A stretch of DNA of 64,000 nucleotides from Auanema rhodensis (lineage: Eukaryota > Animalia > Nematoda): NCBI GenBank assembly GCA_964057225.1, contig OZ059895.1, positions 12,400,001 to 12,464,000 of the forward strand. The letters run 5' to 3'. The notes beneath the pieces are model-generated. The model did not search any database. It was not told the DNA's origin and saw nothing but the letters and a program-made list of their open reading frames with translations. The number at the start of each line of letters is the position of its first letter. The first letter of the stretch is position 1. Shown piece after piece: positions 11,398 through 20,841 of this stretch. The position numbers and the translations under genes were made by a program.

Positions 11398-14300
11398 ATG
11401 GCTGACGCAGCGAATCAAAACCCTCCGCCGGGAAATATTGCCCAAAATGCTACGAATAGCGCAGAGAAAACTCAGACAGTGGAAGCAGCACTGCATAGAA
11501 ACCAAAGAAAAAGAGGACCACCGGATGCATTCCGACCAGATGCGAAATATCCGAAAACGAACGCGAAATCAAAGAAATTACCCCCTATTCCGGGTACACC
11601 GCTAACTGCTAAGAAACTTTATACTACTGCTATTAAAACTACTAGGCATGCAATTAGCTTGAATAAGAATAAAGCATCATCCAGTAAATCTACGCCCAAA
11701 CGCTCTTCTCACTCTCCAAAAACAGTTGTTAATACCGGCACTAACACTTGTCCTCCAAATCACACTTCTCCTCAACGCCTTGTTCAAACCGCAAATGCGG
11801 AAATCCTCACCTCTCCTATTCCTAGAAACTTTCCCTCTTCCACTGATCAATCTTTGCACGGGCACTCTCTGTCTCCTGTCTCTTCTTCGTCAGACAATTA
11901 CGTAAATTTGACTTCGATAGTTACAGAGCAGAGAAGTCGCCCTCAAATGGCAGAGCAGATGGAGCAAGACAATTCTCCTATTGCAAGAGCCCACAACGTT
12001 TCTATTCGCCATCACAAACCTACGCTTTATGATGGATCGGTTCCATTCAACCTCTACATGCAAAGACTAGAAGGATATTTCGATGCCCTTCAAGTCCCTA
12101 TTGCCGAGAGACTTTCCCATCTCTATCTACTTCTCGGAACGGATAGAGCCGCTGAAGCTCTTCGAACTATACCAGCAGAAGATTTACGCCAGGGATGGAA
12201 CCACGTCAAACGCATACTATCGGAGAAATTACAACCTCAAGAAAAGAGAGATGCAGCATTCACAAAACTCACTCATTTGAAACAAGGAGAGCACGAAACG
12301 GTACAAAATTTCGCTCAACGCTGCAGAAACCTTGCCTACGAATCATGCAACATGGACTCGACAGCCGATGAAAGAATACTACGAGTTTCATTCTTAGGAG
12401 GACTACGAAAGACTTTAAGAACACATGTCAATAACCGCAGCCCTATCACCTTTGATGCAGCCGTGACTATTGCCGAAACTGTGGAAGCTGACGAGGATCC
12501 TTCGCTCTTGGTCAACAACTTGATTAAAGACGTGGAACAACTAGAGATTAATAACGGTCTCATAAACCACATGAGAGCATCACAACAGGAGAAAATCTAT
12601 TACGGATCACAAACACACCAATCAAGAACATTCTATGGAAATCAATCAAGACCACAACACCCACAAGAGCAATGGAATCAAAGAAGAGGAGGATACCGCT
12701 CACCAAGATACCAAGAGGATCGACAAAATAACCGTCACAACTTCAGACAGGATAACAGAAACAATGGATATCAACGAGGATACAACAATTATCGTAGCCC
12801 CCAACGGTACGATAGATACAATGATCGATACAACAGCAGAGGAAACGATCGATATGATAGCAGAAGGAATGATCGACAGGAGCACAGAGGAAACGACCGA
12901 TACAACCGCGGAAACTGTCCTGATCGCGGATTTCAACAACGAAATCGCAGCACTTCATATGGACCACATAACAGGCACAGAGATCGCACAAGAAGCCCCA
13001 GCGTCCGTTTTCACGTTAACAAAGTAGAAAAGGAAACAGTCAAAACAAAGAAGACACTTCCGTTCATACCGCTATTCTTATCCGTCATCGCCCTATCTAT
13101 GATACCTTGCCAGGCAGATAACACCTATCAACTCTGCATTGGCAAACGAGGAGGCATTTTCCTCGAACCACCTCGCCCAACCACCTGCTCAGACTATGCA
13201 CACAAGGACGGAGTCGAGATAAAAACAGTGGAACTATTCGCAGAAAATATGAATTACAAGGAATGGGAAGCATGGAAATGCGCCAAGGAAATCTATAAAA
13301 CGTGCGCCCACGACTTATTCTTCGTCAGGGAAAATAACGTTACATTACTCCGAATAGAACCAGCCACTCCACAAGAATGCCAAACAGCCTTTCAAGAAAG
13401 ACGACACATGGATAACGACTTCAATCGCGAAGCACCAGGACTATTCAAAGCCCCTATGCCATCTAATACACAATCAAAATCGTTTTGGGCATCCTCTTGC
13501 ACAACCAAGTCAAGATTCACCTTAGAAAGAGGAATAATGACTAGCCTACACGATGACACTATAATCTCCGACTTATTCATCAACACTGAAGGATGCACTA
13601 AGCAACAAGGAGTATGCAACACCACCAACGCAGTTATCACATGGATCCCACCCAATGATCATCGAAATTGCGACTACACGACATTAGGGAAATTCGAAGC
13701 ACTAATCAACAATGATACTGTATTAATCTCGGAAATACAAGGAGCATTCATTCTCAAAAACAACACGCCAGACCCTACAGCTACAAGATGTATGAATACA
13801 AGCATCTACTCAACTGATAGTGGTACGTACATTTCCATCAAGGACTTAAAAACACACCGACGTCAAAAGAGGATGGCACTCCAAGAATACCCTACGAGAT
13901 TCTTCAATATCACTATCTACAAATCACTTCGCCTCACAGACAGTTCTACAGGTATACTACCTATGTACCAGACATATCGAAATAGGAAAAGACTGGACAA
14001 CGCTTATAACCTTATGGAATATCTCAAGACATCTAGCGTACACATAGGTTTCATCAAATTCCTACAACTAGATTCATCAAAACTGAAGAACCGACTCTTA
14101 TGGCACAACTACACTGACATCAACATGGTTATCCTGCACACACTTGCAGAAGCTGAGATTCGACTTTCTACAAAAATTGCCATCGAACACCTACTGCCAT
14201 CAGAGATCACGGCAAAACTCAGCAAGCAAATCACTATCAGCGACTTTGCCACACGTCTACTCAACTACGAAGGCGATTATCTCGACCGAGCAAGACAAAT

Positions 14301-16248
14301 AGCCATTGAAATAGCTCACACACCTACCACTCTGGCAACAGGAGAGACTATTCCATCAATGGAGGACTATCTGTACCAACTGTACCCACCCAGGATGACA
14401 AAACTGCCTAGATCACGCACTGACACACAGTTCTACACCCAGATGGATCAAATACAGGAGTTTCTTGATTATCTAGAGCAAAACAATCGTCTAACTCGGA
14501 TATCAAAAAAACAAAGAGAGACAGAAAATAAGAAATGGGCAGATCTCACAAAACAGGCAAATTCGTCAGCAATCGTCTTTCCCAACTATACCCTCATCTT
14601 CAACGGACACACACAAAATTATGGGTTGCCCAAAAATCAACCTACAATCAGACCTATCACGGATGAAGACAGCAAACTATTTCAACAAGCATATCTTCAG
14701 CTCATTGAGTCACCTGGTGCTAGCCCCACAACCACCACTACTACAACCACCACAACCACTACATCGACTACCACAACAACTGTCCCGACAACTACTACTC
14801 ATCGGACGTCTCCACCTCAACCTACAACTACACCAAGGAGATATTACTATTACCAGAGTACAACAACTCCAGTAACTCCACCACCACGTCCTCTCACCAC
14901 CACATCCCGCAGGGAATCTACTAGGACACTTCCAACAACTCGGACTACTACAAAGCGAGCAACAACAACCCAACCGATTGAGGAAATCAAATCTCACACT
15001 GGATCACAAGCACACCTCAATTTCCTACGAACACGAGCAGATATCATTCAAAAATACGACGATCAACTACGCCAACAAGATACAAGGTCCCACCTCCAAT
15101 ACTCTACGTCAAAACTAGAGGAGGAAATCTTACAATCTTTCCAAATAACAAAGAAAAACGTATGCAGAATGCAAAATAAGCAGCTACTTACCTGGTGGGC
15201 AATCCTGCAGATTAATCCGACTATAGGAATTCGCACTATGCTTCGTCGACAGGATATTTCAGCAAAGTTTGTTGGAGAACATCTTATTTACGTCATGCCA
15301 TGCACCCCTGTACAAGTAACACGTGTATACTCGGATCACAAACGAGACGATAAATGTTACCTGGAGACACCGGTAGACACGGAACATCACGGAAAACTCT
15401 TCATCACACCAGGATCAAGAGATTTAACACCATTTGCCCACATCATAGCATGCGATATGGCTACATCAGATCCCTACAGAGAAAACAATCAATGGATGAA
15501 AGATAATTCAACATTGAATGTGACTAACTTCTCATTTTCGGATGAACTCACATCTGTAAAAATTGATCACATTAAGTTTAACAATTCCAACATATTTTCA
15601 AACCTCACGGAGTCAACATTTCCAATGGCACTGGCTATTTCCTACGGCTCTAGCCTAGCATCTTTACAAGCAACTATGCCAGGAAAATTGAAACCAGTCT
15701 TCAAACATTCTGGACTATCCAATCTGAATCCAATAGGAATTATAGGAGGAACAGTTGGAACGACATTAATGATAGCAGATAACATATCAAACAACGCGGA
15801 GAAACAAATCACAAATTTCTTTGGATACATAGGAGAGTCAATTACAGCATGGATACTAAGGACACTAGCTATTATTGGAGCAATCATCGTCACAATAGGA
15901 CTCATAACTGTTACCATTTGGGCATTAAAAATATATGCATGTACCACAAGGATACCAATCAATCAAATTACATTCAACGAACAAGACGAAGAACCAAGAG
16001 GAGAGGACAAACAATTCGAATTAAAACCACTAGTCACTTCTCAGCAAGAGAAATTATATACAAGAACCTCTCGATATGATCCTGACGCCCCACTATCAGA
16101 TAATGACTTTTTCGCCTATCTACCACGGTACGCTATGAAAGAATCAAGGATTAACTACATCGGAGGATCACGACTACCTTTCGTACCTCTCTCCATTCAC
16201 AATCAGATCTTTACTGCTTTATGGGACACAGGAGCTTCTATATCATAA
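11398..16248 (+). CDS. gag-env: Gag - internal signal peptide - class III (gB-like) fusion glycoprotein - TM - N-terminal part of aspartic protease (1616 aa)
   Basis: Gag CA motifs (YDGS..., LKQGEHETVQNFAQR, FLGGL); hydrophobic signal LPFIPLFLSVIALSMIPCQA; Cys-rich ectodomain; furin site RRQKR; Thr-rich mucin tract; gB-like CRMQN..W..INP..SAKFVGE..C..V..CY..PV; TM; ends LWDTGASIS*. Confidence 0.85.
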   Translation: MADAANQNPPPGNIAQNATNSAEKTQTVEAALHRNQRKRGPPDAFRPDAKYPKTNAKSKKLPPIPGTPLTAKKLYTTAIKTTRHAISLNKNKASSSKSTPKRSSHSPKTVVNTGTNTCPPNHTSPQRLVQTANAEILTSPIPRNFPSSTDQSLHGHSLSPVSSSSDNYVNLTSIVTEQRSRPQMAEQMEQDNSPIARAHNVSIRHHKPTLYDGSVPFNLYMQRLEGYFDALQVPIAERLSHLYLLLGTDRAAEALRTIPAEDLRQGWNHVKRILSEKLQPQEKRDAAFTKLTHLKQGEHETVQNFAQRCRNLAYESCNMDSTADERILRVSFLGGLRKTLRTHVNNRSPITFDAAVTIAETVEADEDPSLLVNNLIKDVEQLEINNGLINHMRASQQEKIYYGSQTHQSRTFYGNQSRPQHPQEQWNQRRGGYRSPRYQEDRQNNRHNFRQDNRNNGYQRGYNNYRSPQRYDRYNDRYNSRGNDRYDSRRNDRQEHRGNDRYNRGNCPDRGFQQRNRSTSYGPHNRHRDRTRSPSVRFHVNKVEKETVKTKKTLPFIPLFLSVIALSMIPCQADNTYQLCIGKRGGIFLEPPRPTTCSDYAHKDGVEIKTVELFAENMNYKEWEAWKCAKEIYKTCAHDLFFVRENNVTLLRIEPATPQECQTAFQERRHMDNDFNREAPGLFKAPMPSNTQSKSFWASSCTTKSRFTLERGIMTSLHDDTIISDLFINTEGCTKQQGVCNTTNAVITWIPPNDHRNCDYTTLGKFEALINNDTVLISEIQGAFILKNNTPDPTATRCMNTSIYSTDSGTYISIKDLKTHRRQKRMALQEYPTRFFNITIYKSLRLTDSSTGILPMYQTYRNRKRLDNAYNLMEYLKTSSVHIGFIKFLQLDSSKLKNRLLWHNYTDINMVILHTLAEAEIRLSTKIAIEHLLPSEITAKLSKQITISDFATRLLNYEGDYLDRARQIAIEIAHTPTTLATGETIPSMEDYLYQLYPPRMTKLPRSRTDTQFYTQMDQIQEFLDYLEQNNRLTRISKKQRETENKKWADLTKQANSSAIVFPNYTLIFNGHTQNYGLPKNQPTIRPITDEDSKLFQQAYLQLIESPGASPTTTTTTTTTTTTSTTTTTVPTTTTHRTSPPQPTTTPRRYYYYQSTTTPVTPPPRPLTTTSRRESTRTLPTTRTTTKRATTTQPIEEIKSHTGSQAHLNFLRTRADIIQKYDDQLRQQDTRSHLQYSTSKLEEEILQSFQITKKNVCRMQNKQLLTWWAILQINPTIGIRTMLRRQDISAKFVGEHLIYVMPCTPVQVTRVYSDHKRDDKCYLETPVDTEHHGKLFITPGSRDLTPFAHIIACDMATSDPYRENNQWMKDNSTLNVTNFSFSDELTSVKIDHIKFNNSNIFSNLTESTFPMALAISYGSSLASLQATMPGKLKPVFKHSGLSNLNPIGIIGGTVGTTLMIADNISNNAEKQITNFFGYIGESITAWILRTLAIIGAIIVTIGLITVTIWALKIYACTTRIPINQITFNEQDEEPRGEDKQFELKPLVTSQQEKLYTRTSRYDPDAPLSDNDFFAYLPRYAMKESRINYIGGSRLPFVPLSIHNQIFTALWDTGASIS

Positions 16249-19200
16249 ATGAAGGAAAGTACATTTCAACAACTACCGGCAGCAACAATGGTTATGGAAA
16301 AAACAACAGCCATTGTAGCAAACAAATCACGATTTTCTTTCCTGGGCTACACAAGAATCCCAATTATTATCGGGAAGACAGAAATCGAGCACAAAGTACT
16401 GATTTCTGCCAACAACCACTGCCCAGCACCAATATTATTAGGAATAGACTTCATAGAAGCTCTCAACAAAATAGGAATAAATACATCTTTACGACCACTA
16501 CAAAATTCACTACTAATTGGAGACACAATAGTACCTTTAGCACAAGACTACGCGCCATGGACTGAGAACCACACGATAGCACACGTCGTAAGCCTGGAAA
16601 CCAAACAGTTCTACCCAAGAGAAACCAGATCGCTTACATTGGAAGTAGACGATCCCGCCTCTTACGAACAAGCTTTCATTAGAAGCTCACAGCGGACAGG
16701 AAAAATGAGTTTCGCCCCTACTACTTTCACCCCAACGGGATATGGAGTTCAGATATTTACGAAACATTTACAAGATATCGACGAAATACTGAACGCATCA
16801 GCAGAGCTAGGATTAAAAATCAAGCTTAAGAAATGTACCTTTGGACAACAAGAAGTCAAATTCCTAGGATTCATTGTTGGACACGAAGGAATAAAACCAG
16901 ACCCTCAGAAAGTAAAAGCAATCCAAGATTATCCAAGACCGAAATCAATAACAGGAGTTCGAGCATTTATGGGAGTTGTGAACTACTTTCGCAGATTTAT
17001 TAGAAATGCCGCAGGCATTGCGTCACCACTTTATGAGCTCACGAAAAAGGATACAGCTTTCAAATGGGGAGATGCAGAAGAACAAGCATTTCAACAACTT
17101 AAACAGATACTCTGTCAAGCTCCTGTACTACAAGCACCTATAGCAAAACGACCTTACGTCATTGAAAGCGATGGAAGTATAATTGCAGTTGGCGCAGTAC
17201 TATTACAGGCTAAAGACGACAAAGAACCACTTCACCCAATTGCATTTGCCAGCCGAAAACTGAACAAAGCCGAACGGAATTACCCGCCAATTGAAATCGA
17301 AGCCCTAGCACTCACTTTCGCAGTACATCAATTTCGGACTTACATACTAGGCACACCAATAAGAATCATTACCGATCACAGGCCTCTTACTAGCCTCATG
17401 ACAAGAAAAGATCTCATTGGCAGGCTAGCAAAATTTCAAATCGTATTACAAGAATACGACATCGAGATAGTGTATCGCCCAGGACGTCTTAACAGCGTCT
17501 GTGATGCACTTTCACGATATTTTGAAGACGAAGTCAACGAAGCCAAGGAAAGAAAGAAGAAACCAAAAGAAACTCCTACACACAAAAGCTCGACTATTTC
17601 AACTATTACGGACCTTCGGACCATTCAAGGCAATACAGAATGGATCATGGAAACAAAAGAAAAGATTCGGAACAAAACAGCAGGAAGGCAACTAATGGAT
17701 CGATATATCGTTGTGAACGACGCTCTGTATGCAAAACCCAAAACAGCTTTACAAACTCCGCGAGCCATTCTACCAAACGATCCAGCAATCACAATACCAA
17801 TTATAGAAAAATTTCATAAAGACCCAATTCTCGGAGCACATCTTGGAATCAATAAGACTCAAGACTCCATTTTGCGACGGTACACTTGGACAGGAATACA
17901 GGATGATATCACAAGATATGTGAACAGATGTCTCGACTGTGCAAAGAGGAAAAATAACCCACATGAAGCCACAGTTGAACCAATGAGAAACTTCCCAACA
18001 GTGACACATCCATGGGAACGAGTTCACATGGACATACTAAGACCATTACCTAGAACTGCAAAGGATAATAGATACATTTTATCTATACAGGACGCATTTT
18101 CCAAATGGATTATAGCGATACCATTAATTCGTCAGACATCAGAAGAAATAGTATCAGCTATTATGACACACTTATTCTATGTCTTCGGACCCCCAAAGAA
18201 AATCATCACAGACAATGGATCAAACTTTGTCTCACACGAATTCAAAAGCATGTGCGATAATCTTGGATCGGAACATCACACAACTATGCCATACTACAAA
18301 AACGCAAATGGTCAAGTGGAACGGCTACACAGAACACTGGAAGAAGCATTAACTTCCTACGTTAATGACGATCAAGACAATTGGGATATTATTCTACCAA
18401 AAATTGTTTTTACGATGAATCGACTACCAAACGCTACTACTCGCACACCACCCTACGACTGTCTGTTTGGACAAACAGCTCGGTTACCAATAGATAAGGA
18501 CTTAGAAACTCCAGGAGCCACAATCAAGAACGCCCCGGACTTACACGAGAAGATTCATGAAAGGATAGAGTTGAATAATGAAAGAATGAAGAAGAAATAC
18601 GACGAAAATCACAGGACGCAGGAAAGAGAGATCTTCGTGGAAAATAGAGCACTCGTCAAGCGAGCAAAGCCAGCAAATAAATTACAAACAACAAGCGATG
18701 GACCATATATAATCAAGGAAATAAAAGGAAATAACGTAATATTAGCAGATAGCGAAGGGAATACGATTATAGCTCACAAGAATAATATAAGATACTTTCC
18801 ACCCGACGATAACAACGTCGAAGAAAGCGAGCACAACAGAAACGACTCCGCACCCGCCATTTATAGCGACGGCTCACAGCAGGATACGGAAAATACGCGC
18901 GCTAAAAATAGCACGCCCACCGCAACATCAATCTCTGATTCAGAAAGCGACAACGAGGACGAATTCTACGAACAAAGCCGACCTTCAATAACACCACAAG
19001 AAACAATAGCACCACAGGAAATTACGCAGGAAACACAACAGGACAATTATCAACCAGAAACCGGACCGAATACGGCAGACAAGTCAGCTACGGACAAGGA
19101 CGAAAACAACTTATTTCAACAACTTGTCGATAAAATTGGAGAAGAAACAAGGCAAGAGCTCTATGAAGAAAGACGTAAAGAGATACCCACAACCAAAAGA

Positions 19201-19428
19201 TGGAGCTCAGCCCTCAAGTTGGCACTTGGAATAGAAGACAAAAATCCTATAACCGCTCCAAAACCATTCCACGTACCAATAAGGTACAACAGCGTGATAC
19301 CCACCTTAGAGTCTAAAAACAGGCTCACACGCTCTCAGATACCTGATGCTCATTTCAATTCTCCAAAAACACCGGTTGTACGAAAGAAACGACCTTCAAC
19401 AGTGATTGGAGCAACAACAACCATTTAA
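16249..19428 (+). CDS. pol: Pol remainder: C-terminal part of protease, truncated RT (no YxDD), RNase H, integrase (1059 aa; same frame as the upstream ORF)
   Basis: PR ILLGIDF; RT C-terminal KKCTFGQQEVKFLG; RNase H ESDGS / EIEALA / TDHRPL / DALSR; IN H-H-C-C, HMD, TDNG, NGQVER, GPY. Confidence 0.92.
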   Translation: MKESTFQQLPAATMVMEKTTAIVANKSRFSFLGYTRIPIIIGKTEIEHKVLISANNHCPAPILLGIDFIEALNKIGINTSLRPLQNSLLIGDTIVPLAQDYAPWTENHTIAHVVSLETKQFYPRETRSLTLEVDDPASYEQAFIRSSQRTGKMSFAPTTFTPTGYGVQIFTKHLQDIDEILNASAELGLKIKLKKCTFGQQEVKFLGFIVGHEGIKPDPQKVKAIQDYPRPKSITGVRAFMGVVNYFRRFIRNAAGIASPLYELTKKDTAFKWGDAEEQAFQQLKQILCQAPVLQAPIAKRPYVIESDGSIIAVGAVLLQAKDDKEPLHPIAFASRKLNKAERNYPPIEIEALALTFAVHQFRTYILGTPIRIITDHRPLTSLMTRKDLIGRLAKFQIVLQEYDIEIVYRPGRLNSVCDALSRYFEDEVNEAKERKKKPKETPTHKSSTISTITDLRTIQGNTEWIMETKEKIRNKTAGRQLMDRYIVVNDALYAKPKTALQTPRAILPNDPAITIPIIEKFHKDPILGAHLGINKTQDSILRRYTWTGIQDDITRYVNRCLDCAKRKNNPHEATVEPMRNFPTVTHPWERVHMDILRPLPRTAKDNRYILSIQDAFSKWIIAIPLIRQTSEEIVSAIMTHLFYVFGPPKKIITDNGSNFVSHEFKSMCDNLGSEHHTTMPYYKNANGQVERLHRTLEEALTSYVNDDQDNWDIILPKIVFTMNRLPNATTRTPPYDCLFGQTARLPIDKDLETPGATIKNAPDLHEKIHERIELNNERMKKKYDENHRTQEREIFVENRALVKRAKPANKLQTTSDGPYIIKEIKGNNVILADSEGNTIIAHKNNIRYFPPDDNNVEESEHNRNDSAPAIYSDGSQQDTENTRAKNSTPTATSISDSESDNEDEFYEQSRPSITPQETIAPQEITQETQQDNYQPETGPNTADKSATDKDENNLFQQLVDKIGEETRQELYEERRKEIPTTKRWSSALKLALGIEDKNPITAPKPFHVPIRYNSVIPTLESKNRLTRSQIPDAHFNSPKTPVVRKKRPSTVIGATTTI

Positions 19429-19638
19429 TCAAAAATAGAAACTTTTCGGGAAAATAACTTTATTCATTAATTTTTTTATAATAATTCATTCTATCTGCTA
19501 CCCAAACAACAAAAACAATGTTTTCCCCAATCATCAATCTTAATATCTATGTATCACAAAATATATACTTACCTATTTTTTTCACCCTATATAAGCTCAA
19601 AATTCACCTCAAGCAGAAAAACTCCCAGCACCACAAGA

Positions 19639-20274
19639 ATGGCACTCGTCTTCCCTCCACCAGCCTGCGAGACACCTATCGCGATGATCAAGGAAAAGTG
19701 GATCAAGATTCATTCGCTCCAGATAGAACTACAACAACTGGAGACAACAAACAACAGGACTAAAAAGATAAAAATCCTCCAATCATTTTCGGAGAATTTA
19801 GCCAGAGTTACTCTATTAATAGAGACTCTGGAAAGGTTACAATGTTCATGTAACAAGGATGAAGAAGAGATGGCCAAAATGGCGCAAAACTGGTCCGAGG
19901 CCACTGCCCGCACCAAGGCCACCATCAACAAACTACGCGAAGATCTAGGCTATCCAGCCTCCGAAAATGTAGCTAGCGCGGATCTCATCCCAAGATGGGC
20001 CGCGGAAGAGATCCACAAGAGCTGGACAGAAGAAAGTATGATGGAATCGACCAACCAGTCGATTAGGAAGGCGGGAGACCTGATCAGCCAGGCCTTAAGG
20101 ATACTAATGGCGACGCGCGCCACCACTCCGGACCAGAAAAGAAAGAAAATGATGATAGCAGGCCAGGCGACGGAACTGCTAACAGACGTCAGCCTGTTCC
20201 ACATATGGACGGTCGCCGACCGGCAACCCGCGACCGACTTCCAGCTGGGACAAATCGAGGAGGAAGAAGGATAA
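19639..20274 (+). CDS. Orphan accessory ORF of the Gypsy element, predicted helical/coiled-coil (211 aa from ATG 19639; frame open from 19549)
   Basis: GC-richer open frame between two AT-rich tracts inside the element, with heptad-like helices. TATATAA at 19588-19594 lies upstream. Confidence 0.65.
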   Translation: MALVFPPPACETPIAMIKEKWIKIHSLQIELQQLETTNNRTKKIKILQSFSENLARVTLLIETLERLQCSCNKDEEEMAKMAQNWSEATARTKATINKLREDLGYPASENVASADLIPRWAAEEIHKSWTEESMMESTNQSIRKAGDLISQALRILMATRATTPDQKRKKMMIAGQATELLTDVSLFHIWTVADRQPATDFQLGQIEEEEG

Positions 20275-20501
20275 CAGCTGCACGAGGTGAATTCATAGTT
20301 TTTCTTCTCTCCTTTTCTTTTCTTTTTCTTTTTATATTGTTTTCATTTTTTTTATATTATTCCTATTACACTACTATTTCTATTCTAGTATTCCAATTCT
20401 AATTCATTTATATATATATATATATTTTTCTCTTTTGTTTCTTTTCCTAAAAAGGTCTAATTTCTTATAGCTGAGGTCAGCTACTTTTTCAATATAAGGC
20501 A

Positions 20502-20841
20502 TGTTCCATAAGTGTCCTATAAAGAAGGCGGTTGACAACGTCAACCGACTTTTGGTTAATGGAATTCAATAAGAAACTAGACCTGAACTACTTTTTGTAT
20601 AAATTCAATTATATTTGTAATTAATATTTTTCTATATAAACCCCTGAGAAAGCAACTAGGTTGGCTTTCTCATAACATGTAGTTTCATTTATTTGATTAT
20701 TGTATTTTTGCTTTTATAATTGTATTTCCATATTCTGAATAAACTTCTTTTTCTCTACTCTCTGTTACTTTTACAATGACATTCACACTATTAAAGTCCA
20801 TATGGTTACCTAGCCGGAACCCTAGGAACCAATATGGAACG
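20502..20841 (+). repeat. Gypsy 3' LTR (340 bp)
   Basis: Direct repeat of 9925-10264, followed by TAGC and resumption of the 5S spacer. Confidence 0.95.

Larger units (their letters stand above)
9925..20841 (+). mobile_element. Ty3/Gypsy (Metaviridae-like) LTR retroelement with env between gag and protease; this copy is RT-deleted
   Basis: Two 340-bp LTRs, TSD TAGC (9921-9924 / 20842-20845), tRNA-Gln PBS, domain order PR-RT-RH-IN and a GPY motif. Confidence 0.95.

Noticed and set aside
18780-19428. Chromodomain at the Gypsy integrase C-terminus
   Set aside because: The tail is acidic and low-complexity with a basic end (RKKRP) and shows no chromodomain aromatic pattern; any targeting role is unsupported.
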